Source: Nymphaea colorata
Taxonomy: Eukaryota
Assembly: GCF_008831285.2 (NCBI RefSeq)
Contig: NC_045138.2
Span: forward strand, 37,076,001-37,140,000
Length of the DNA: 64,000 nucleotides
Direction of reading: 5' to 3'
The position numbers and the translations under genes were made by a program. The notes under the pieces are model-generated. The model was not told where the DNA came from. It worked only from the letters and a program-made list of their open reading frames with translations, and made no database searches. This document shows positions 23,220-34,356 of this stretch, one piece after another; the stretch's first letter is position 1, and the number at the start of each line of letters is the position of its first letter.

Positions 23220-26200
23220 CTAAGGGGATGATCGACCACTTCTCACCACCAGATCTTTAATGGTCATTGTGAGCTCATTGTCGCTCAATAGTGTCTCCAA
23301 ACTCACATGCATACCTGAAATGTGAGTTGGATAGATCCAACAAACAGAATAAGAGCATGAGATGTAAAAGAACATCTGAAATCATCATGTAGTTTGGAAC
23401 CGCAAGAGTAGCGTATCATTTGTGCAGTTCGGTTAAATGTAGATAAGACACATAGGCCTATAAGCAGCTAAACTCAGTCTTTGTTAATCCTTCAGTAACT
23501 AAACGGGACTAAACCCATACACAAGTCTAATTTAATGTATTTCAGCATTCACAAATGTGTCTTTAGCTCCTACAGTCAACTGCTTGGAGAAGTACAATGC
23601 CATGGGAAGACATGACAACCACCAAATAGAAAGAGAGTAAGATCATCAGACCAACTCATCAACTCAGATATGTTTTCAACTCTTTGAACTGCCAAGGTAA
23701 GTTATTTTGGACTGGCAAAGATCTATCCATATGTGTGCCATATGTTTCTCAGAAGGCCCTTACCATGCATCATATATAGGTGTAACCAGGATGGTTACCC
23801 AGTAAGGGCCCAACTGAATATTACGTTTACCCAGCTTTCTAAGACACAAAGCTGGTGATACCTTATTTTTCTTATGTAAATGTCAAGCCTAGGAATCTTT
23901 GATGTGCCTGATAAAGAAGATGATGATCAGATTCATCCGAGTGCTTTTTCATCTTCCACACGTGTTTCCATCCAAGTTGCTTAGCAAGAGACAATACTGA
24001 ATATGTGATGCTTCAAGGGCCTGAGAGTTCACTAGTTTCACCACCCAATGCAGTAACAGTCACTCTAACTAAAGAAAATAAAGTTGAAGAAAAAATGACC
24101 GTCAGATGAACAGCTGGGAAAGCAAAGTGAAAACCAAAACAATAAAAATAGGCTATCTTTTTCACCGAAAAGAGGGTGACCAACTTACGATATCGCCAGT
24201 AGTGTTTTGGGTTTGTTGGGTCATTGATTGTCTCCTCCACTGCAGGTCGGATTGTATATATTTCTTTCAGTGCCAACAGATCCTGCACATGAATAGAAGG
24301 TTACCAGTAAATGATGCACATTCTCAAATTTCTAACTGTGGGGTTACAGTGAATTGTTTTAGGCAAACAACAATACCTGGAGAGGGAAAATTGCCCACAT
24401 TGATGGTGACTCAAAATGCTGCTGTATGATGTTGTATGCGATACTGGGAACACAGGACGAAGGCGGTATACCATCGTCTCCGATTATTTCCTTAAAATAT
24501 CGTTCTCTTCGTTCCTCGCTTTCTTCCCACCAAGCACGCAGTGTCGAGCAATCATGACATGATGGTGCACAAACCTGGAAATAGTGAAAGCAGTCTAGTT
24601 GAATTATAGTCAGGTTTGCCTCTCACAGTGATTTATGAAGCAACAATATTTTATTCCCTTCTAGCACATGACCTTGAAAAATGCCAAGGCCAGTTCAAGG
24701 ACTGTGTATTCTAGGGTTCCAGGTCATATTCAATAGAATTCTCTAGTCAAACTGGAAAACCTGGATCATGCTTAAAAGAACTTGCTTGGCATCATCAAAG
24801 ACTCAACAAGATGCCAGTTGATGCATAAATCCAACTAGTTCACTAGTCTTGAGTCTTGACAGTCATTTTAAAGATGAATTATAACTTACTGTCATGTAGT
24901 CATACTTCGATGGGATACCAAACTCGAGACCCAGGTCGCTAGGCATCCGCTGAATGCGGAGTCCAATTATACCAAGCTCTTGCATAACCTGAACAGGGCA
25001 CCCAAGGTCAATAAATAAGCAAAGATGCTTACAGTAACGGATGAGTAGAAAGAACATACAGGATGAACACATGAAGGAATAAGTCCAAGATCTTCTCCAC
25101 AAGCTAACATATTTGATGAGTTCAAGAGGGCAGGTAGGGTCTTCAGTGCATTTTTACGCCAAAGGATTTCTTGCCGGTGGAAATAATACTCATAATATAA
25201 TCTTCTCAGTACATTTTTACTGCATGACAAGAAAATAATGCATGAGGCCAGATTTTTAATTTGACAAGAAATAGAACAACCAAAACTTATTTAGAGATAA
25301 ATAGAGAGATCCATCATAAGTGATAATAAACTTATTTAAAAGAGAGAGGAACCCATAAATCTTTCCTAACACCAGCAAGAGCACATGATGCTCTAGTAAA
25401 TTACAAAATGATGAAAAACCAAGAATTAAGGTAGATAATAATAATTCTAGTAATTACAACAAAAGAAAAAACAGCAGCAATAATAAAAATAATATCATTA
25501 ATATTATAGTAATTTTATTGTTACCAAACATTGACTGGGCCCAATTCAAGTACCTGTGATCGTCTAAATCTTTAAAGCTAGATGTATCTTCCATATTAAA
25601 TCGAGGATAAAATTTTCTTGTATCTTCTTCATCTCTAATAAGAACAACATTCTGCAAATAAAACCAATCAGCATATTTCCAAGTGACAGTTGCACTAATC
25701 CTGAGGTAAGAAATGCAGAACTGTAGTAACTGTATCTTCAAAAGAATCACGGAAACTATTTAATAAGATACCTTTAAAAGATCAAAAAGATCATTTTGTA
25801 TTTTGTTCTCTTGCTCTATCCACAAGATCCTTTCGGTGGCTGACTTAAGCTTGGCAGCAATTCTTTTTTCCGTGTTGCAGTCCTCCTTGAACTGGAATTG
25901 TCATTAAGAATGAGCTTTGCTCATTTTTCTACAGGAAGAGTGAACAAAATGAAAGAAACAAGGTCTTGTGCATTTTATTTCTAAAAATCTATTGATCCAT
26001 GAATTTAACAGATAAACGCATGGACATCTAGGAATCTTGAAACCTTCTCAGCAGAAGAATTTGTAAGTGCAGGGTGAGACATCCTAAATTACTGAATATG
26101 TTTCCTATGAAGTACGAACAAACATCCTAGACTTATAGCTTTTCAGTTATGTGTTCTGTTAGTTTTTCAAAGGAGGCAGCAGTTTGGAGGATCTGTAATA

Positions 26201-29200
26201 AACCTACCACAAAACACAAATCAGAAGTACTTGAACCAAAGGAGAAGAAAGGAAAACTGCAAAAAATGATAAATGAGTAACTTTTTTTAACGCAAAGTCA
26301 TATAATAAGGCAAGTTATTCCAATAGCCCTACAATCATCAAAACGGAACAGCAACCAAAACAAAAGAGCAGACATTGGAAACTCCAACACAGGAACTAAA
26401 ATCACCTCATAGCAGAGCTTCTGGTACTCATTCAAGAAGGTTGAAGCAATAACCGTCCACAGGCATCCAAATTTCCCCTGACATACTCACAGTAATCAGA
26501 CAAGAAAAACTGGATAGGATATCGCAAAGCTCAAAATATGTTCGTACAAATACCTCTAACATGTCTTTTCGAATGTATGGATGGGTGAGTCGATTGAAAT
26601 CCCATATACCTTCCTTCTCAAGCTCTTCCTGGAGAGTGAAAATAAGATGCAGCCAAGAAAAAATGTCAGTAGGTGCCTTGTCTTATATATTCCTTATATG
26701 CTAAGTTGCTGACAATAGATGTAGTAATGCAGTAAATTGCTCAATGGAAAATGCTATTCTAGTAGATACCAATACCTGGCTAAGAGGGATGGATGGCCGA
26801 AATTTTCCCAGTAAACCAGTAATAGCATGTTCAGGCAGTTCCCAGATTCGAAAGAAACCCAAAATATGGTCAATCCTGTATGCAGTGAAATACTTCCCCA
26901 TCTGAAGGTAATATGAAATAAATCACAGGTAGATAAGTCTATGGTGTCCTCAAGTACACCGAGTACAACCTTGAAAATGATGGCGTCAAAGATATATTAA
27001 CATGATTTATTAGAAGGATGTCTATCAATTTTGAAGGACAAAGGAAAACTGTATGACATAAACAGCTATAAGATAAGCAGGAACCTGTGACAAACGGTAA
27101 CGCCACCAAGCATAATTATCTTTTGACATCTCCTCCCAGTTATAGGTTGGGAAACCCCAGTTCTGCCCATTTTTGTCAAAATAATCAGGAGGTGCTCCAG
27201 TTGATGTGTTCATACGAAAGAGATTTGGGTAAACCCAAGTGTCAACACTCCATCTATCCACCCCAATGGGTAGGTCACCCTTCAAGACTACTCCTTTCCT
27301 TCTTGCATAGGAAGCTACCTCTGAGAGCTGATATAATAAAAAACAAATTAATATTTATATGCATCCCAAAACAGTAAGTTTTCCACTGCAATATAATGTT
27401 TCAGATAATTCAACTTGGATCACCTGTAGGTGTAGATGATATTGGATATAGTAATGGAAGCATATGATGTCATAGTGTACTCTGTTTTTTGAAACAATTT
27501 TCTCCAACTGAAATATCCAAAAAATATCAACAGTGGGAAGAACTTGGAAAGGAATCAAAATATAAACAATTTACGAAAGTCAAACAATAGAAAGTTTTGA
27601 AATGCTGTGCAAATAATCTAGGAAACTAAATTACCTTCTCAACCGAATATTTGGCAAAAGAACCCCACTGAGTGTGATCTGATGTTTCAAAAAATTCCTT
27701 TAGGAAACAGAAGGCTGCATAAGGTTTCAACCAATCCTGTCCATAGTTGATAGAAGGTAAAAGAAAAATAAGGTCCCCGCTGATATGTAAACAAGAAAGT
27801 GGTAAGTTAAGCAGCAAGCCTGAGCGTTGACTAATTAAACACTAAACTTTTTCTTCAAGCATGACAGATATGTAGAACATATACAAAAGTTAATGGGCAT
27901 TGAAGATGAAAACAACAGATGGCTTTCACATGTTGTACATGATATTGCAGGGGCTGTTGAAAAAAAAAAAAAAAAAAAAAAGATGATATACCTCATTCTC
28001 AGAAAAGAATTTCTGAAAGGAACTGGAAGAAAGCACAGCATCCTTCTCTACTGAGAAAACCTTCTTGGCAATGGAAATTTTTATGTTCATGGTAGCTTCA
28101 TAATCCACATCCTGCATTTGACCCAGGTAAAAATAGAACAGATCCTAACACCAAGTATAATGAAGCAACACATGTTGCATGCGAATTCCACCATATCAAA
28201 GATTTTAAAATGGCTAGGACAATTCTGAAATGGAATAACCTCCATAGCATGAAGAACAAAAAAGAATTTGTATTTGTGGAGCATAAAGTAATTGGTTGTC
28301 CAATAAAAATGACCAATAGCCTGATTTATGAACAAAACATTTTGTTAAAACGTTTGATGTTGATCTTATCCCACAGCTTCAATGAGCTCAAATGAAGTTG
28401 ATCAAGTTAAACATAAAAATTCATTAATGCAGCATTCTCAATAACCACATCTCACCGTGCCACAAGCTAAGAACAAGGCAAAAAGAAGCAAACGTAAATT
28501 GGAAAATCAAATCATGGGTCCCAACCAATAAAGAAACAAAAATATCTTTATAATAGTGTATTAAGGGTCCTACGTTGGCATCGGTAAGCTTGTTCCTGTG
28601 CAATAAAAAAGGAACGCCTGAATTACCTTAAGGTCTAGATTACTTTTAGCCTGTATGATCTCGTTCTGCAAGAATATGAAACACAATTTCTAAGTACATA
28701 ATGAAATTTGCAGAATTTGTTTCAAATGGGAACACATCAAGAAAAAGAAGATTTGCATAAACCATGGAAAGCTAACCTAAAAAATTGTAGAACATAAGTG
28801 CTCAGTAAAAGGTACCTCAATTTCATCTGAAAAACTCTTTGAAAGGGCTTGTACTCTCAAATACAAAGGATGCAACGCAAAGACGGATAGAGAACTGCAC
28901 TATAATCTCATTCTTACTTCACATGTTTCAAATTCATAATGAGTCACTGCAAGGCTCATACAAACTTGTGTATATGCATGTTGGCCCTACGGTAACCTCT
29001 GTTTATTTTTCTGAGTTCAACAAAGCAACCAGAATGATATTCTTACCTGTAGGGATATGAATCCCACCACATTCCATGGACAGATGTATCATTGACAGGC
29101 AAAAGCTGAATCAAGTGAAATCCTGAATCAACTGCCCAATCGATTAATAACTTAAGGTCAAGGAATTCTCCAACTCCGAGGTCATCTTCTGATCTAATTG

Positions 29201-30738
29201 AAAACATGGGAATAGCAATGCCAGCACCTCTCCAGGAAGCTTCCTGCAAAACATTGAAATCTGTAGTGAGCATGGAAAGGCATACTCAAAAGGAGAATAT
29301 CAAGAACTAAATATTACCCGGAAGACACCATCAGATGCCAAAATATGCCTTGGTATCCTGTCTAAGATTGAATCAATTGTATGATCTCTGTTGGGGCCAA
29401 TTTCCAGGATTGCATTTCCTCTCTTGCTTATTTTACCATATTTGTATGTACAGAAGTTAATAAGGAAACCAATGTGTATGAATTCAAACGTCATCATAAA
29501 CAAGTGCTGTTCACGTGATTAATGTGTGCATACTTGTATATATATATGTATGCATCCATCCATGCCCATATGACAAAATCATGTTTGGAAGGATATTTTA
29601 TAGGAAATTCACATTTGTTTACTATACAATCTGCTTGCCAAATGGATCCACCTAAACATGTAAGTTCTAGTCCATTCTTCACCTCCCATCTCCCAAGCAT
29701 GCTACAGCTTCCAGTCACAATAACCTGCACATGTTCTTATAGTGAACAAGTCTTTGAATATCCAGAAACAACTGGATAAGTCAACATATGACTTACCAAG
29801 AGTTAGGATAAATTCATGAAGCATGTTATGCATAAAGGTTTGCATGGAACACAAGATATTCATGTAATTATTGAATACTTACAGACACACCATCTTCCAA
29901 CTTTGGGCAGTTTATTCTGAAGTGAATGTACACATAATCCGTTCCTGTACCCAAAGCAAGTTGAAGTTGAAAAGAGAAGAAGAAAAAACTCAAGTTTTCC
30001 TTCATTGACCAGAAAATGGACACCTGCTAGCAATGGCTTGATTCCCTGCTGATTCAGAGCCGCCTTGGAATTTTGACAGCCATTTTGGGCAACATAAGAA
30101 TCTGAATTGCTCCTCCTATGAAAAATAACGTCCTTGAATGCACTTCTATTGAAGAGAGCTTCTTTTGCAGTCTGATTAGGACAATTACCATCAGCATGCT
30201 TTTTATATGCATCAATGTTTTAAATGAACTAGTCACCATAGATAGTCCTGCTCAACCAACGATAGCTTAACAAAAAAGCATGAAAATGAGAGAAATGTGA
30301 TATTTTATGCTTACAAGATGATGTTTTGTTATAGTGAACAGGATACAATCGCGCCCAGTATTTCACATGATAGGATTACAACTAAGGTGCATTTGAACTT
30401 CGATTCCCTTGCACGACTGGAACAGTAAGGGTATAACAAAACCTTCATCAAGTTATCAACGAGTAAACCAGCAAAATTATGACGAACGACCTGCATGAAA
30501 AGCTCAAAGTCTTGCATTCTCCCCATTTGGCTGGTGGATATGTTTACTTATCAAGCCCACACACACACTCATGCAGCCAATCAACCAGAGAAACCCTTCC
30601 TAGATTTTTTAATAAATAAGCGTAGACATTTCAATTCCGCGTTCAAATTGCTAATGATTTATCACAATAATGACGTACAAACGTCAAAAATACTCTGTGG
30701 CCACTGTCATGGTTCATACCTATGAAACTAATTCCATG

Positions 30739-30788
<50 letters not shown>

Positions 30789-31553
30789 TTCAATGCCTAC
30801 AGGCGAAAATCTTTATGTAGTGACCTCAAGTAAAACATATTCCAATTTCATTTCATGTAACATAAGAAACTAGAGAAAATTCTCCACGAACACATAAAGG
30901 GCCATGTATTGTTCAGAACGTTGGGTCTTAAAAGCCCATGAGGGACTTGAGTGCTAAAAAACCGTACTAATTAGAATTTTTCCTGATAATTTAATTGAAT
31001 TGACCTTAGGGATTGTCATAGGTCGGACCCCATAGTCAAGATTCACACATGCACACACTCACAGCAGCACATCACAGGTAAGCATAAGTCCCAAAATCCA
31101 ATGCGATAGCACGAGCTAGAAGCCTCAAACTATAAAAGTGAAGCGAGAAGGAACTAGCTGGCAAGAAAACGAAGAACAACATGCCAAAGCAAATTGGATT
31201 ACCTGCCAAAGATCATGGATCTCAACTACCTCTCCTTCCTGAAATTCAGAGGTTAGAGCGATGGTGTGCCTGCTTCCCTCCCATCTCAACAGCTCTCTCT
31301 CGTCGTCCACCAAGAAGTAGCCGTACTCGCACCTGAAACCAACGGGAACGCTGAGCGTCCCGCACCAAAGAAGGTCGTTGTTGGCATGAACAGGGGTTAG
31401 AAGGAGCCCCCGCTTCACGTTCCATGATCCCAGGACCGGTTCCGAGCCCGAGACGAGTAGGCTCTGGCCCCATTGAGTGTGGTAAGGGATCCTGAACGAC
31501 AGGAGGAGCCTCTTTGATGGGCTTCGTGGGGATTTTAGATCGATGGTCGCCAT
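23220..31553 (-). CDS. DPE2: 4-alpha-glucanotransferase / disproportionating enzyme 2 (2x CBM20 + GH77), 22 exons, ~939 aa
   Basis: Exons: 31553-31203, 30171-30024, 29944-29883, 29724-29597, 29447-29318, 29243-29047, 28894-28816, 28665-28627, 28111-27992, 27736-27635, 27507-27424, 27327-27085, 26901-26776, 26628-26554, 26477-26406, 25891-25772, 25651-25554, 25219-25060, 24988-24890, 24574-24377, 24282-24189, 23314-23220. CBM20 motif YHTQWGQSLLVSGS..LGSW. GH77 motifs GAPPDYF..GQNWGFP, YRIDHILGF, CGEDLG, SCHD and HYWRYR. Confidence 0.96.
29448..29596 (-). other. U12-type AT-AC intron (DPE2 intron 4)
   Basis: Minus strand: 5' site ATATCCTT, branch-like TTCCTTATTAAC about 8-20 nt before the 3' end, and a 3' end reading TAC. 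Splicing restores FPIK-YKYGK in frame. Confidence 0.9.
30740..30785. repeat. (TA)n microsatellite in DPE2 intron 1
   Basis: Directly visible. Confidence 0.9.
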
Positions 31554-33463
31554 TTTTTTCAGAGATTGAAGTGAGAACTCACAGTCCAATGCAAGTGTTC
31601 CGAGATCACTCCAGTTTGTGGTGCGGAAGTCACTCTTCCAGTTCGTGATTTATTACAGAGGTTCGTCGCAATCGTGGTTGCGTAAAAATTCTGTCACGTT
31701 ACGAAAATCAATGTTCAAACGTTCTACTATCAACGTGATAAATTTAACAGACATGAACCGCACCTAAATAGTTGCCTAGTTCTTGAAATACAAGTTCATA
31801 ACGATAAAACTCAGCAGCCTAAAAACCTTTAAAATTTTTTAACTACAAACTGCGTTTTGTACATCAAAAAACATTATTCATAGTCGTGTACTTTATAATT
31901 TAATAAAAATGAATGTCAACAAGTAATTAAAGCTGTGCAATTAGTATAAGTGGAAACAAAGGAGGATAAAAGCCCCTTAAACAGATTTTCTTCCGTGATA
32001 TTCGGCGTAGTTCAGTTTAATGTTTAATCAGATAAATCATCACTCGCATCCTCATTTTTCAATTAAGAAGGATTTAAGTTAATAAAGTGAATTCACGTGC
32101 ATTCATCCTTCACACTTTTTGAGTGGGAGAAATTGTGGCGGCGACACAAAAAAGAAAAAAGAGATAGAAGTCACTAGAAAAGTCCGACCTCTTTTCCTGG
32201 GAAACCTTTTACTGTTTATACACGAAAGGAATATTTGAGATAATCTTTCTCATCAACAAACGCCCCATGTCCTAACAAATCTTCCACTTCTTTACCTTCA
32301 TATACTCTCATATTTCCAAGGGAAATGATGCTTTTTAATTGGGAGCTCTCTTGGTTGCCAAAAAACGAAAAAAAAAAAAAAAAAAAAAAAAATCTTGGTA
32401 AGAGGAGCATTTTATTCCTTCACTCAATTTAAAAGAACCGAAGCTTTCATCTTTTTTTCCCATTCTATAAGGTACCAAGCATGCTTTCATATATCGGAGT
32501 GACGTTTTACTATACTTCAACTTACATTAGAAAGTAGTTCAAAATAAAAACTAGCCTTATATCAACCTTCTCATTATACCAACCTCCTTATAAACAAATT
32601 ATTAGTTTTCTTTAAAAATTAAAAAGGAAAAGAAAAAGGTTCCCAGCAAAGTATCCAACTTTTGGTGTTGGAGCGACAATGCGCTTATGTTTCCATGTAA
32701 CCTTCAGTTTCGGTAGCATTTCAGGTCCTTAAAAAAGAAAGTTCAAAACGAAAGCATTTATGCGCTACGTTTTTGTTCTCACCATCTCCCTTATTCGGCA
32801 AAACTGATATTTCAAATAAGAAGCTGGGGCTAAACAAACCCACATCACATTTTACTAATTTAATGGGAGAAAAAATGAGCTATATACAAGCCATAAAGTT
32901 TATAAAAGAATGTACAGCCCAAGAATAAAATCTGGCCAAACTTTCAAATTCGAAGGCTGTCTCTGCTAAAATTTTTATCTACCTAATTTGTATAGTAACT
33001 CATCCATGTAGATGTCACCTTTGAATATATATATATATATAAAAGGATCCCACTGATAACAGCCGCCCGAATTGCATGAAGTACACATACATGTTCACAA
33101 TACATGTTCGCCAAACGTAATCCGGAGTTGATGGGTTTAAGATAGCTGGTTGGTGGCACTTAATTCAATTTTCAGGGACGCTATTCCTCTCAAGTGCAAA
33201 TTCTCGCATAAGACCGTGTAGGTAAAGAAGCAGCCCTAGAATCTAGGGTCAGGGAGACGAGGAGATAGTGTACAACAAGAGACGGAGGGAGGGGGAGGGC
33301 CACCTAGGCCATGGCCCTACCCGAGCCAATTGAAAAAAAAATCACATTGAAAAAATTAAAAAATTTTAGTTGCGTCATATATTGTTTGGATTCGAATTCA
33401 GTCTTACCCCACCTGGATGTTCGGGATACTCTAAAAAAATCCTGTGTAACAACCATACTCTTG

Positions 33464-33556
33464 AGAAAAAACGACAAAAGAAAAGAGATAAAAAAAACCT
33501 TTAGCCATAGAAAAAAACGACAAAAGAAAAGAGATAAAAAAAACCTTTACCCATAA
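33464..33556. repeat. ~45-bp tandem duplication
   Basis: AGAAAAAACGACAAAAGAAAAGAGATAAAAAAAACCTTTA(G/C)CCATA x2. Confidence 0.8.
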
Positions 33557-34166
33557 CGTGGAAGGAAAAAGTTAAAGATTTTCAGAGTGCTGGAAGAGTT
33601 AAAACGCAACTACAACTGTATGTCCGTATGGTCCCTATCAAACGACCATCCACCTCCACTCAGTTTGGAGCTTTGTACAAGAGAGGTGAGGAAGGTCAAG
33701 AAAGAAGAAGAAAGATCCCTCTTGCACTTAATCTTGAGATTCAAACCAGTCAGAGGTGATCATCTCTAGAATGAAGAACTGTTTTAGGGTGTGACGAAGA
33801 AACAGTGCATCTGGAAATGCAGATGCTTGCAGAGGGAGAGGGTCAGCGTCCAGGATGTCCCATTTGTTTTGATGTTTTGTCTTCTACTGTTTCAAGGAAG
33901 AAAGAGTTTTCCATACATGGTTCTCGTGCAAAGGCAGGTGGCGAAAGAAGGCAAGAATGGATTCCTCCATCGACACGTTTCATGGGTCAATTATTGCTTG
34001 TCTTTCTGGTGGATGCGACGAGTGTGGGTTGGAATTTCGATTTGAAGCAGCTTAATCTATTGAAAACTGAATCCGAATCGGATCCTGTACAGTGAGAATA
34101 ACAAAACATTCAGCAGCTGAGGGATTTGTGTTGAGCACTGCCATAAAAATTGGATCTGGTTCCTAT

Positions 34167-34356
34167 TCTCAAAAATTAATGAAATGTATGTGCACATATA
34201 TGTGTGTGTTTACAAAAACGGGAAAAACATTAATAATTTTGAAAATATTTTAAAAATAAAAATGTGGCATATCTCAAAAATCAATGAAATGCATGTGTGT
34301 GTTACAAAAACAGGAAAAACGTTAATAATATTTTGGAAATATTTAAAAAAAAAATG
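34167..34356. repeat. ~100-bp imperfect tandem duplication
   Basis: TCTCAAAAAT(T/C)AATGAAATG...TTACAAAAAC(G/A)GGAAAAAC(A/G)TTAATAAT occurs twice. Confidence 0.75.

Noticed and set aside
23920..24000. ATGATGA...CTGA C/D-box-like spacing
   Set aside because: Antisense to the DPE2 host intron, with no terminal stem and no recognisable rRNA guide.
25763..25771. DPE2 intron 16 donor GTATCTTA as a second U12 intron
   Set aside because: Lacks the GTATCCTT consensus and a U12 branch site. The acceptor looks U2-type.
17776..31553. ISPE and DPE2 as a metabolic gene cluster
   Set aside because: Unrelated pathways in different compartments. Adjacency alone is not evidence of a cluster.
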